Of a stretch of DNA of 64,000 nt, positions 17,407 through 27,373 are shown piece by piece. This DNA comes from Patescibacteria group bacterium (GTDB lineage: Bacteria; Patescibacteriota; Minisyncoccia; Minisyncoccales; Staskawiczbacteraceae), in the NCBI GenBank assembly GCA_038063015.1, contig JBBTVX010000001.1:69202-133201 (forward strand), read 5' to 3'. The notes beneath the pieces were generated by a model. The model was not told the origin of the DNA, searched no databases, and saw nothing but the letters and a program-made list of their open reading frames with translations. The position numbers and the translations under genes are program-made. How positions within the stretch are numbered: position 1 is the first letter of the stretch; each line of letters opens with the position of its first letter.

Positions 17407-18339
17407 TTAAATTTTTGTGGCGATTACTGTAATTTTTATTTCCCCTTTTTTAAGAGTGTTATCTTTTACCGCTCCGAAAATTATTTGGGCTTTAGGGTCA
17501 ACGTTTTTTGTAATAACTTTTGCCGCCTCTTGAATCTCGTTCAAAGTAATATCTTGGCCTGAAGCGTTAAATAAAACTCCCTTTGCTCCTTTGATTGAAA
17601 AATCCAATAAAGGAGAATTAATTGCTTTTTCCGCCGCATCTATGGCGCGATTTTCGCCCTGGGCTCTGCCTACCCCAAAAAGCGCGCGGCCTGAATTTTT
17701 CATAATTGACAATACCGAAGAAAAATCAATGTTTATAATTCCAGGGACTAAAATTAAATCTGTTATACCTTGTACTGCCTCTCTTAAAACTTCGTCACAA
17801 ATTAAAAAAGCGTTTGAGACAGTTGTTTTTTCGTCAATTATACTTAAAAGCTTATCGTTAGAAATGATTATTAAAGAATCAACTTTTTCTTTCAATTTTT
17901 GCAAAGCGTTCTCTGCAACTTTTTTTCTTTGTTCTCCTTCAAAAGAAAATGGAGTTGTGACTACCGCTATGGTTAAAATGCCAAGATTCTTTGCGAGCTC
18001 GGCAATAGTTGGCGTGGCTCCGCTACCAGTCCCGCCACCGAATCCACAAGTAATAAAAACCATATCAGAACCCTTTAGAATTTCTGATATTTCTTCTCTT
18101 GATTCTTCTGCGGCTTTTTTTCCCAATACAACATCCATCCCTGTGCCGAGACCCTTTGTTATATCCTTCCCTATGAGAATTTTTTTTGGGCACCCCTTGG
18201 GTCCTTTACAAAAATGAAGGGCCTGAGCGTCGGTGTTTATGGCAATTAATTCTATTCCCTGAATATTAAATTTTGCCATTCTGGAAACTGTATTAGAGCC
18301 AGACCCTCCTATTCCGAACACTTTAATTTGCGGGTTCAT
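17407..18339 (-). CDS. ftsZ: Cell division GTPase FtsZ (short form)
   Basis: GIGGSGSNTV and GGGTGSGATP tubulin signature. Confidence 0.95.
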   Translation of the reverse strand: MNPQIKVFGIGGSGSNTVSRMAKFNIQGIELIAINTDAQALHFCKGPKGCPKKILIGKDITKGLGTGMDVVLGKKAAEESREEISEILKGSDMVFITCGFGGGTGSGATPTIAELAKNLGILTIAVVTTPFSFEGEQRKKVAENALQKLKEKVDSLIIISNDKLLSIIDEKTTVSNAFLICDEVLREAVQGITDLILVPGIINIDFSSVLSIMKNSGRALFGVGRAQGENRAIDAAEKAINSPLLDFSIKGAKGVLFNASGQDITLNEIQEAAKVITKNVDPKAQIIFGAVKDNTLKKGEIKITVIATKI

Positions 18340-18355
18340 ATCTTTACCTGCGGGA

Positions 18356-19570
18356 TTATGGAATAAAAACTCTAAACATTTTTCTGAGTTTTTGACCTAA
18401 TCCCTTGATAAATCCCAGTATACCTTCTTTGTCTGCTCCGTCAATATCTAATCCTCCCAAAACTAAGCCAACAATTGTGGCTAACGAAGGGTCATCTTCA
18501 ATGCCCGCAATTCCTTTTGGACTTCCTATGCTACAAGGAAGTTTTAATTGTTGTTTTGCTAATTCTTTTATTTTTGACAATTTGGCGCCGCCTCCGGATA
18601 AGACAACTCCTCCTGGTAATAATTCCTGACGCCCTATCTTTTTTAATTCTTTCTGAATTAAATCAAAAATTTCAGAAACCCTTGGTTCAATAATATCTGT
18701 TAAGTTTTTCTTTGTAAAAGACAAGTCCTGGGTCTTATCAATATTTTCTATTTTTTTAACAGACTTGTCTGTTTTGACAAAAACACAAGCGCCGTGCTGT
18801 TTTTTAATGGACTCGGCAACGCTTACTTCTGTGCGCAAACCAATGGCGATATCATTGGTTATATTAGCTGAACCAATTGGAAAAACAGCAAAATGAATTA
18901 AATCTCCCTCTTCAAAAACCGCCAAACTGGTTGTAGCAGCTCCCATATCAATTAAGGCGACACCCAATTCTTTTTGTTGCGGAGTCAATACTGCGTCAGC
19001 GGCGGCTAAGGGAGATGTAATAATATCGTCAATTTGCAGTTTTGAATTTAAAACTGCTTGAGATAAATTTATAAAATCCGACTGAAAATAACAAAGCAAA
19101 AGAACCTTTGCTTCTAATCTTGTACCTGTTAATCCAAAGGGTTGTTTTATTCCTTTTTGGTCGTCAATAATAAATTCTTTTGGAAAAACATCCAAAACGT
19201 CTTCGTTGGAAGGGATATTAATTGCTTTGGTTGCCTGCAATACTCTGTCTATGTCTTCTTGAGAAATTATTCTATTGGCCCTAGACACAGAAATTATTCC
19301 ATCAGAAGGAGTAACGTAGAGACGACTACCCCCAAGATTAACAAAAACAGAATTAATTTTTCTGCCCAAGTCCCTTTCAACTTCTGATATTAACAAATGA
19401 ATATTCTTTGAAGTTTCTTCAGCATTAACAACTGCGCCCTTTCTTAAACCAAAAGAAGGCATTTGAGCATAATGTAAAACCTCCAACTCTTTTCCTTTTT
19501 TTTGGACAACCAAAACCTTGATAGTATTTGTCCCAACATCCAATCCTGTAACAATATGACCTTTAGCCAT
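18356..19570 (-). CDS. ftsA: Cell division protein FtsA (actin-fold ATPase)
   Basis: GLDVGTNTIKVLV..., DMGAATTSLAV and GGGAKL motifs. It is adjacent to ftsZ. Confidence 0.9.
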   Translation of the reverse strand: MAKGHIVTGLDVGTNTIKVLVVQKKGKELEVLHYAQMPSFGLRKGAVVNAEETSKNIHLLISEVERDLGRKINSVFVNLGGSRLYVTPSDGIISVSRANRIISQEDIDRVLQATKAINIPSNEDVLDVFPKEFIIDDQKGIKQPFGLTGTRLEAKVLLLCYFQSDFINLSQAVLNSKLQIDDIITSPLAAADAVLTPQQKELGVALIDMGAATTSLAVFEEGDLIHFAVFPIGSANITNDIAIGLRTEVSVAESIKKQHGACVFVKTDKSVKKIENIDKTQDLSFTKKNLTDIIEPRVSEIFDLIQKELKKIGRQELLPGGVVLSGGGAKLSKIKELAKQQLKLPCSIGSPKGIAGIEDDPSLATIVGLVLGGLDIDGADKEGILGFIKGLGQKLRKMFRVFIP

Positions 19571-19575
19571 AAAAA

Positions 19576-19989
19576 TTAAACTGCCATTGATAAATAATGT
19601 TTTTCCTTCTCCTCCATTCGCATTGCTTCTTTCTTTGATTTTTCATGTTCATATCCTAAAATATGCAAAATGCCATGCGTAAAAACTTTCATCATTTCTT
19701 TTTTTGCGGGAACGCCGTATTTTTTGGCATTTTCTTTGACAACTTCCGGACAAATAACAATTTCTGCCACCCCCGATTTAAAATCTAAAGTTTTACTAAA
19801 AGAGAGAACATCTGTTGGTTTGTTCTTTTTTCTATACTTTTGATTCAGCTTTTTAATCTCGCCAGAACTAATAAAAGCAATAGATATGTTTTCTCTTTTT
19901 CTATTTTCGCCTTTTAACACTTTTTTTGCAACCCCTGTCAAAAACTTTTTATCCACAGCAAAATTAGTAAGATTATTTATCTCAATCAT
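19576..19989 (-). CDS. ybeY: rRNA maturation endoribonuclease YbeY
   Basis: HGILHILGYEH zinc-binding motif. Confidence 0.9.
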   Translation of the reverse strand: MIEINNLTNFAVDKKFLTGVAKKVLKGENRKRENISIAFISSGEIKKLNQKYRKKNKPTDVLSFSKTLDFKSGVAEIVICPEVVKENAKKYGVPAKKEMMKVFTHGILHILGYEHEKSKKEAMRMEEKEKHYLSMAV

Positions 19990-20129
19990 TTCCTTATTTT
20001 ACACCATTTTTCAAAATACAACAAAAAACCGATGCGATATCTCCCCGGTTTTTTCTACTTAGTTTAGCCAAGTTTCTTATTCGACTATTTTATTGGGAGC
20101 GGTAAAATGGTTATCCACAGATTTTAATA

Positions 20130-20157
20130 TTGACTTAATGCCTTAATATGATAATAT
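20130..20157 (+). promoter_or_regulatory. Candidate extended -10 promoter (TTGACT-16 nt-[TG]A-TAATAT)
   Basis: The hexamers were read directly. The promoter points into the 3' end of the minus-strand NYN gene, and a hairpin plus T-run follows about 40 nt downstream. Confidence 0.3.
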
Positions 20158-20198
20158 ACAAATGTAAGCTTGACTGCTTACTAATCACGCGGTCCCGC

Positions 20199-20900
20199 CT
20201 AAACAGCGGGATTTTCGCTTTTATAATGTCTTTTACCGGTATAAAATTGGCCAAAATTAAAATATATATCTTTAATGTGGTGCAATTCTCCTGCCACCAT
20301 GTCGCGAACACCAACAACACAAATCCTTTTACCTTGAACTTTCAATCTTTCTAATGGATTTAACAAATCAGAATCTCCAGAAAAAAGCATAATAGCCGAA
20401 ACTTTTTCCGAATCATCCATCATGTCCATTGCTATTTCAACGTCAAAATTACATTTCGGTTCATAAATTTCTGATTCTATTTTTTTAATCTCTTCAATAA
20501 GGTTGATTAATTTTTCGTTGACCTGTTGATTAAATAAATTTATAGTGGAACGTTTAAAAAGAAGGGCTTCGTCTATTGTCTTTTTTATAAATTTTACCCT
20601 CTTTGTTCTCAAATTAGCTCCCGTGGCTAAAATACGTTTTTGAAAAATATCGGATTTTTTGATTTCATCCTCGTTCTGCTCGTTTTTTCCATAATATATT
20701 TTTACCTCCTTAATATTGGAAAAAAATTTTAATTGGGCAACTATATCTTTAATCCTGAACTTCCAGCTCAAAACATCCTGCCAATAAAACATATTTACTA
20801 AATCTAAATAAGCAATAATAGCCGTTTCTTTTTTAATCCACTCCAAATAATCTTCTCTGACTATAAATTTATTTAGAATATTTTGAGGAATATCAATCAT
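20199..20900 (-). CDS. NYN/LabA (DUF88)-domain putative RNase
   Basis: The C-terminal half reads SAIMLFSGDSDLLNPLERLKVQGKRICVVGV, typical of LabA-like NYN domains. Confidence 0.65.
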   Translation of the reverse strand: MIDIPQNILNKFIVREDYLEWIKKETAIIAYLDLVNMFYWQDVLSWKFRIKDIVAQLKFFSNIKEVKIYYGKNEQNEDEIKKSDIFQKRILATGANLRTKRVKFIKKTIDEALLFKRSTINLFNQQVNEKLINLIEEIKKIESEIYEPKCNFDVEIAMDMMDDSEKVSAIMLFSGDSDLLNPLERLKVQGKRICVVGVRDMVAGELHHIKDIYFNFGQFYTGKRHYKSENPAV

Positions 20901-21174
20901 TTTAATTATGTTTATATTATATTGTGCCTATTTTAGTTTAATTTTTATTTTAAGGTCGGATTTAAAAATGATACCGTCTTTATTATTAAGCGCCGTATCA
21001 TTTTCGCTTCATTTAGGTTGATTTTTTTTCTCAATTAATTTTTTCATTAACTAATTGTTTTTTATTTTTTCTCGCAATCTTACAAAATAAATATACCTTA
21101 CTTCATATCCTACTTGTAAATTCTCAATAATTTTGTCAAATTTATTCTCAATTTCTGATTTTAATTCTTCATAT

Positions 21175-21732
21175 TTATGAAAACCAGGGGGGGTAATCAA
21201 TTGTATATACAATCCACACATGCCCGCCATTCATATTTAACTGTCTTATGGCTGTTTTAATATGATAGTTAAATTTTTTAACCATCACATTGGCGGCTAA
21301 ATCCATAAAAATTTTAATCTTACTTTCGTCCCAAACATTAGATATCATACAACAGCGACGTTTGCTAATATCGTTTAATCTGTTTTTTTCAACATTACTA
21401 TTATTAATTGTTTTCACTTCTACATGAATGCCATTAGAACAAAAATCGGGCGTAGATATATTATTATTTTCTTCTAAGAAATTAACACTATCGTAAAAAG
21501 CATAGGCAATGCTTATTTCGTGGAGCGCGTCATTGTGTTGTGAGTGTGTTTCATTCTTTTTCTTTTCTATTTTATTTTTCAATATTCTTTTATTCTTGTC
21601 TGTTAAATTTGAAATATAGGAGCCCAAATTCACCATCCATTTTTCTTCAATTATGTCTCCGCCGCCTCTTGTCATCAGATAATCTGCAAGACCTATTTCA
21701 ATGAGTGAATTATATGAATTTGATTCTACCAT
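21175..21732 (-). CDS. Putative PD-(D/E)xK-fold nuclease, ORF ends right after a G7/C7 homopolymer
   Basis: TPDFCSNGIHVEVKT fits D...E-x-K. One C fewer in the C7 run (complement of 21187-21193) would extend the frame by about 44 codons, to 21051. Confidence 0.45.
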   Translation of the reverse strand: MVESNSYNSLIEIGLADYLMTRGGGDIIEEKWMVNLGSYISNLTDKNKRILKNKIEKKKNETHSQHNDALHEISIAYAFYDSVNFLEENNNISTPDFCSNGIHVEVKTINNSNVEKNRLNDISKRRCCMISNVWDESKIKIFMDLAANVMVKKFNYHIKTAIRQLNMNGGHVWIVYTIDYPPWFS

Positions 21733-21740
21733 ATGTGGTT

Positions 21741-24431
21741 CTATTTATTTTCTACAATTTTAATTTCTTCGGCGGTTAAACCGTATAACCTATAAACCTC
21801 CGCATCGATTTTTTTGTCGGTTTTTTCAATTTCAGATTTTATTGAATTCCACTTATCTGAATTTTCAGCAATTTTTTGAAGGTCTTCATTTAGTTTAAGC
21901 ATTTTATCTGCTAATTTCACCAACTCGTCGTGTTTCGCTTTTTCTTTTTTATTTGAAAAATTAATTTTATAAATCGGCAGGGTTTTTAATAACGATTGTG
22001 TTACAGCAATGTTTGATGTTGAATTTTTAACAATAAAATTAATAACGGCGGAGTTCAAAATTACTAATAAATATTTTATATCGTATCCGTTTTTGGGAAG
22101 GATAAGATTGTCTTGCAAAAAATAATATCCTGTATCGTCATATGTGGCAACAATTTGACTACCAGTAATCATTCTTACCAGTAATTTTTCTTTTGTTTCA
22201 AAAAATTTCGCTTCTTTTGGCGCGGCCGCTTGTTTCACCTTCATTAGTTCTGGTCTATACCAAACATACTCATTATTCCAACTTAATGAATATCTCCCAA
22301 CATCTCTACCTCTTAACAACTTTCTATCATTTTCATTGTTTGTTTTCTTCTTTAAAAATTTTATATCGTCTCCTGTTCTTAAACCACCAATAATTTTACC
22401 TACTTCGTTTAACAAAATGGAATTTTTAAATATCTTATTAATAATATTTTTTGTTTCAGGATTATTAAAAATATTAAACCCTTGTTTAAAATCAACATCT
22501 TTTTGACGTATTTTGCTAAAAATAATACTTTTTGTATCCGTTATATTCTTGACTACATCAACAAAATTATTATCTAACACTTTTTTATTTAGTTCTTTCT
22601 GACAGATCAAAACCACATTTGATATTTGAGCACTTTCAAACACTTTTAATCCTTCTTCAAAAAATAAAACGTCTTTTAACGCACAATCATTAAAAATTTT
22701 AGCTCTTAAAGATACGAAACTTGGCGTTTGCAACCATGTATTTGGTATTATAAATCCTAGAAATGCTTCATTTTTTAATATATTAATAGCTTTTTCAATG
22801 AAAAATGAATAAATATCGGAATGATTTGTGTCAGTTAGGTATTTTTCCCAATAAAAATGTCTTTCCTCGTCGTTCAAATTCCTTGATTGTATATATGGCG
22901 GATTGCCAATAACCACATCAAACCCGCCTTGGGCAAAAACTTCAGGGAATTCTTCCTGCCAGTTAAATGATTTTTTATCTCGGAAGTTTTTGCCAAAATA
23001 TTTTTTAAGCTCTTCGTCTGTTCCGGAAATCAATGAGTTGCCGTTTTTTATATTATCCAAAAATGGAAGTTTTTGGTTATCTGTTAAAGAATTTATCAAC
23101 AAATTTAAACGCGTTATTTCAATTGCCTGCGGATCTAAATCTACGCCGTAAATATTATTTTTCAATATCTGTATTTTTATTAACATCTCGCTGAATTTGT
23201 CTTTTTCACTGCCAAGATTTAAATACTTTTCATATATTAAATTGAGTACTCTTATAAGAAACGAGCCTGAACCGCAAGCAGGATCTAAAACTTTAATTTT
23301 TTGTATATCTCTTATACTTTTACATCTATCAAGAACGGGTCCAAGGGCATTTTTAACAATATAGTCAACAATAAAAGGTGGTGTATAATAAATTCCTTGT
23401 TCCTTCCGTTTTTTAGCATCCTTGCTCACCGTAATTCCTTTTTTTGATTGAGACAAACGATGTGATAAATAACTTTCATAAACAGCGCCTAAAACATCTG
23501 GTGACATCGCCTTAAAGTCATACTCATAGTAGCCGGGTTTACCATAAAGTTTATTTATCGCTTTTTCGGTTGCACCGCTATGATCTTCCCATTCTTCAAA
23601 AGTATGCTTTTTAAACAGGTTTGAATTATAAATTTCATCAAGCTCCCTGAATTTTTTTATCATTGATTGGTAAAGGCGGCCTCCGCTTTCTTTTCTCGCC
23701 TGCCTTACCATGGGAATTAAAATTGCTTCTTCAACTTTTCTGTCTTCCGCAACTCTGATAAATATCAATCTATCTAAAAGTTTTTGCACACCCTCGTCAA
23801 GCGTGTCTGAATCCACCGACGAATTCCATTGGCCCAATTCATTTGTTAAGATATCTCTACATTCTTGTAAATCTTTGTATAAAAGCGAACTTATGGGAAC
23901 TTTTTGCAATTTTTTTCCATGCTCTTCCGCATATTTATCAATTAAATCGTTTTCAAATGATTCCCTTGAAAGAAGCCATAATTGCTCAAATCTTTTTATA
24001 TATTGATTATATGGAATATCAAATAATTTTTTATCGGCCAGACTTTTATTAATCTCTTGGGCATTAAAAACAATTAAACCCTCAAAATCTGTAAGTATAG
24101 CCCAAACAACTCCTTTATTGAAAGAATAACGAATTGCCTGATGGGCATAGTCTTCCTTAAACAAATCAACGCTGATTTTTTTTGCTTCCAGATAAAATTT
24201 AACTCTATCGTTTAAATAAAAACCATAATCTACTCGTCCAGACGACTCAATATGTTCTTCGGCTGAAACTTCTTTTTTCTCAAAGGTGTTCCAACCGAGT
24301 GCTTCAAAAAGCGGAAGAATAAAATCTTTTTTTGTTTCTTCTTCGCTGTAAGACTTCAAAATACCTGAATTTTTGGCTTTTTCGTATTTTTCAACAAGCT
24401 TCTTTATTTTTTGTTTGGTTTCTTTTTTCAT
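21741..24431 (-). CDS. Type IIG restriction-modification enzyme (fused PD-(D/E)xK nuclease, N6-adenine methyltransferase and specificity region)
   Basis: N-terminal RVDYGF...LEAKK nuclease motif, VLDPACGSGSFL SAM motif I, VIGNPPYIQS motif IV, and a long C-terminal TaqI/Eco57I-like region. Confidence 0.85.
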   Translation of the reverse strand: MKKETKQKIKKLVEKYEKAKNSGILKSYSEEETKKDFILPLFEALGWNTFEKKEVSAEEHIESSGRVDYGFYLNDRVKFYLEAKKISVDLFKEDYAHQAIRYSFNKGVVWAILTDFEGLIVFNAQEINKSLADKKLFDIPYNQYIKRFEQLWLLSRESFENDLIDKYAEEHGKKLQKVPISSLLYKDLQECRDILTNELGQWNSSVDSDTLDEGVQKLLDRLIFIRVAEDRKVEEAILIPMVRQARKESGGRLYQSMIKKFRELDEIYNSNLFKKHTFEEWEDHSGATEKAINKLYGKPGYYEYDFKAMSPDVLGAVYESYLSHRLSQSKKGITVSKDAKKRKEQGIYYTPPFIVDYIVKNALGPVLDRCKSIRDIQKIKVLDPACGSGSFLIRVLNLIYEKYLNLGSEKDKFSEMLIKIQILKNNIYGVDLDPQAIEITRLNLLINSLTDNQKLPFLDNIKNGNSLISGTDEELKKYFGKNFRDKKSFNWQEEFPEVFAQGGFDVVIGNPPYIQSRNLNDEERHFYWEKYLTDTNHSDIYSFFIEKAINILKNEAFLGFIIPNTWLQTPSFVSLRAKIFNDCALKDVLFFEEGLKVFESAQISNVVLICQKELNKKVLDNNFVDVVKNITDTKSIIFSKIRQKDVDFKQGFNIFNNPETKNIINKIFKNSILLNEVGKIIGGLRTGDDIKFLKKKTNNENDRKLLRGRDVGRYSLSWNNEYVWYRPELMKVKQAAAPKEAKFFETKEKLLVRMITGSQIVATYDDTGYYFLQDNLILPKNGYDIKYLLVILNSAVINFIVKNSTSNIAVTQSLLKTLPIYKINFSNKKEKAKHDELVKLADKMLKLNEDLQKIAENSDKWNSIKSEIEKTDKKIDAEVYRLYGLTAEEIKIVENK

Positions 24432-24540
24432 AACTTTTCTTAATTAAACCACTAATTTAAGAAATTTGCAAGGAGATCAAATAAGCTGTTTCTATCCTAT
24501 CTGAACGCCCCAGACGCTGTTCGAGGCGTTGGTTGTACAC

Positions 24541-24572
24541 AAAAAACCGAGGTGATGATTTCTCGGTTTTTT
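24541..24572. terminator. Intrinsic terminator downstream of yqeY
   Basis: AAAAAACCGAG...CTCGGTTTTTT. Confidence 0.6.
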
Positions 24573-24589
24573 GTGTTATTTGTTGCTCT

Positions 24590-25090
24590 TTATTCAGACA
24601 GCGTTTCTTTTATAATTTTTGAAATTTCGCTGTTGTCCGCTTTGCCTTTTACTTTGGGCATTAAATCCGCCATTACTTTGCCTATGTCTTTCATTTCTAC
24701 GGCTCCTGTTTTTTTTACCGACTCTTCAACTATTTTTTTTAACTCTTCCGCTGGAATCTGCTCCGGCAGATATTTTTGCAAAATTTCTATTTCTTTTTTT
24801 TCTTTATCTGCTAATTCCTGCCTGTCGCCTTTTTCATATAAAACAATAGCGTCTTTTCTTTTTTTAATTTCAGAAGAAATTGTATTAATAATTTCCTCCT
24901 CTAACAATTCCGACTCTTTTTGAAGTTCTTCTTCTTTCAGCTCTGGTTTTGCTTTTGAAATTTTATATCTTTTTTCTTTTTCCTTGGATATTATAGCCGC
25001 CAAAACCATACGTAAGGAGCCAGAGGCAAGTTTGTCTCCGGCTTTTAAAAATTCTTTAACGTCATTTTGAATTTGCTTTTTTATCTCCAT
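24590..25090 (-). CDS. yqeY: GatB/YqeY-domain protein
   Basis: 166 aa ending ...MKDIGKVMADLMPKVKGKADNSEISKIIKETL, typical of YqeY. Confidence 0.8.
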   Translation of the reverse strand: MEIKKQIQNDVKEFLKAGDKLASGSLRMVLAAIISKEKEKRYKISKAKPELKEEELQKESELLEEEIINTISSEIKKRKDAIVLYEKGDRQELADKEKKEIEILQKYLPEQIPAEELKKIVEESVKKTGAVEMKDIGKVMADLMPKVKGKADNSEISKIIKETLSE

Positions 25091-25323
25091 AAGTTAACGC
25101 GGCCTACTTTAGGCTTTTCTAATTTATCTTGACGCTTTTTTTCTGCTCTTAATTCAACCCTTCTTAAAGCTGACCTTTTTTTAGCCAAAGCTGATTTTGC
25201 TCTCTTTCTAAACTGTTTGCCCCTTACTTCAAGCAAAACGCCCGACTGACGCACCACTTTTGTAAAACGATGAACCAAACTTTGAGAGCTTTCTCTTTCT
25301 TTCCTTTTTACTTCTAATGCCAT
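25081..25323 (-). CDS. rpsU: Ribosomal protein bS21
   Basis: 80-aa basic protein. SLVHRFTKVVRQSGVLLEVRGKQFRKRAKS resembles the S21 core. It is adjacent to yqeY, as in many bacteria. Confidence 0.6.
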   Translation of the reverse strand: MALEVKRKERESSQSLVHRFTKVVRQSGVLLEVRGKQFRKRAKSALAKKRSALRRVELRAEKKRQDKLEKPKVGRVNLWR

Positions 25324-25347
25324 ATTATTATTATTTTTAATTTAAAA

Positions 25348-26619
25348 TTATTTTTTAATCTTATTTTTCATTTCTTTTACGACCTTGTTAAGCTTTATCT
25401 CTTTTTGAACGCCAGTTTCCATATCCCTTAAAGTAATAAAATCTTCTAACGCTTCTTTTTGCCCAAAAATCAAAACCCATCTTATTCCCATTTTATTGAC
25501 TGTTCTTAATTGAGCCCTTAAAGAATCTTTTGAAAAAGACTCGGCTACAGGAATTTTTGCATCTCTAAATTCTTCAAAAAGTTTCAGTCCTTTTCTTTTT
25601 GCCAGTTGTCCCAGCTGAGCTAAAAAGATTTTCGGCTCTACTGCTTTTACTGTTTTCACTTCTCTGGTTTTCATTAAGCTCATAATTCTTTCTATGCCTC
25701 CGGCTGATCCACAAGCAGGAGTGTCTCTCCCTCCCAAGGTTTTAGCCAAATTATCATATCTGCCTCCGCCAAGCAAAGAACCCTGATTTTGTCCCTCTTC
25801 TGTTTTTTCAACAATTTCAAAAACAGTTTTTGTATAATAATCCAAACCCCTGACCAAATACGGATTTAAAGTATATGGCAATTCCAATTCGTCTAAAAAT
25901 TCTAACACTTGCTTAAAATGGGCATGACAATTTTCACAAAGATGGTCGATTATTTGAGGGGCGCCCGCTTTTATTGTCTGGCATTTTTCTTCTTTGCAAT
26001 CTAAGATTCTTAAAGGATTTTCTTTCAGCCGCCTTTGGCAATCAGAACATAAAGAAGATTTTTTTGATTTGAAATAACTTGCTAAAATCTTTTTGAAATA
26101 AGGCCTGCATTCAGAGTCGCCGATACTATTCACTTCAATGGTTATGTTTTTAAAAGAAAGTTCTTTCAAAACATCATAGCTCATCTGTATAATCTGACCG
26201 TCAATTGATGGATTTTGTTCTCCTAACGCTTCAAAGCCAAATTGGTGAAATTGCCTGAAACGTCCGGCCTGCGGTCTTTCGTGGCGAAAAAATGGACCAG
26301 AATACCAAAGTTTTACGGGTTGAGGAAGATTATGCATTCCGTGCTCAACATAACTTCTCATTACGGGCGCTGTGCCTTCTGGTCTTAAAGAAACTAAATC
26401 TCCTCCTTTTGTTTTAAAAGTATATGTTTCTTTCTCTACAATATCAGTTGCCACTCCCACTCCCTTGGAAAAAACCTCGGCGAATTCTAAGATTGGCGTC
26501 TCTATTTTAGAAAATCCATAATAATTAGCAATGCTTTCAACTGCTTTGTTAACTTTTTGAAAATAGGGCTGGTCCGCCGGCAAAATATCGTGCATTCCTG
26601 TTATGGTTTGAATTTTCAT
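25348..26619 (-). CDS. hisS: Histidyl-tRNA synthetase
   Basis: Class II aaRS motifs (LRPEGTAPVMR, FRHERPQAGRFRQFHQ, GGGRYD). Confidence 0.95.
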   Translation of the reverse strand: MKIQTITGMHDILPADQPYFQKVNKAVESIANYYGFSKIETPILEFAEVFSKGVGVATDIVEKETYTFKTKGGDLVSLRPEGTAPVMRSYVEHGMHNLPQPVKLWYSGPFFRHERPQAGRFRQFHQFGFEALGEQNPSIDGQIIQMSYDVLKELSFKNITIEVNSIGDSECRPYFKKILASYFKSKKSSLCSDCQRRLKENPLRILDCKEEKCQTIKAGAPQIIDHLCENCHAHFKQVLEFLDELELPYTLNPYLVRGLDYYTKTVFEIVEKTEEGQNQGSLLGGGRYDNLAKTLGGRDTPACGSAGGIERIMSLMKTREVKTVKAVEPKIFLAQLGQLAKRKGLKLFEEFRDAKIPVAESFSKDSLRAQLRTVNKMGIRWVLIFGQKEALEDFITLRDMETGVQKEIKLNKVVKEMKNKIKK

Positions 26620-26623
26620 AATT

Positions 26624-27232
26624 TTAATAATTTGGAACAGTAATTTTAGATAATGCCACTACTGGCAGAACGCGTAAAAACACCTTGCCAATGATATTTT
26701 TAAGCGGTACGCTTCCCCAAGCTCTTGAATCATAAGAAAATTCTCTGTTATCTCCTAAAACAAAATATTCATCTATGCCTAAAGAAAGTTTTAATGTTCC
26801 AATAGTTCCAGACGGATTGGGGAGATACTTTTCGTTTAAAACATGATTACTATTATCTTTGTATATTGTGACTTTTCCGTCTTTAACCTCTACTGTTTCG
26901 CCGGGTAATCCGATAATTCTTTTTATAAATTTTTGCGTTGTATCTTTTGGATACTTAAAAACAATAACGTCCCCTCTTTGGGGGCTTGAAAATCTATAAG
27001 AAATTTCGTCAACAATTAAATAATCGCCTTGCTGAAAATTAGGAATCATTGATTCTCCTTTTACGATAAACGGCTGAAATAAAAAATAGCGGATAGGCAA
27101 TACTATCACCGAGGCGATAATAAATATTTTTACAACCTCCCAAGCAAACAGCGAATATTTTTTAATTACACTTGTTTTTGTTTTATTTTGTTCGCTATTT
27201 GGTTGATTGTTTATTTCTGTGATTTGTTCCAT
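26624..27232 (-). CDS. lepB: Signal peptidase I
   Basis: GESMIPN (catalytic Ser), RGDVIVF and GDNREFSYDSR boxes. Confidence 0.9.
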   Translation of the reverse strand: MEQITEINNQPNSEQNKTKTSVIKKYSLFAWEVVKIFIIASVIVLPIRYFLFQPFIVKGESMIPNFQQGDYLIVDEISYRFSSPQRGDVIVFKYPKDTTQKFIKRIIGLPGETVEVKDGKVTIYKDNSNHVLNEKYLPNPSGTIGTLKLSLGIDEYFVLGDNREFSYDSRAWGSVPLKNIIGKVFLRVLPVVALSKITVPNY

Positions 27233-27373
27233 TTATTTATAAATTGATTTTATTTTAACATATTTTAAAGCTATTGCAAGCCCATAAAAAAACCTGTAAA
27301 AAAAGAGGGGCTGAGACAAACCTGCCCAGCCCATGATGACTAAAAAAAAGAAAGTGAACGCGGTGAGTATGGC

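Noticed and set aside
3262-20212. Shared short motif (C)TAAACAGCGGG at about 3553 and about 20200 (and GAAACAGCGG at about 3270) as a dispersed repeat
   Set aside because: Only about 11 nt are shared and the flanks are unrelated, so this is most likely chance.
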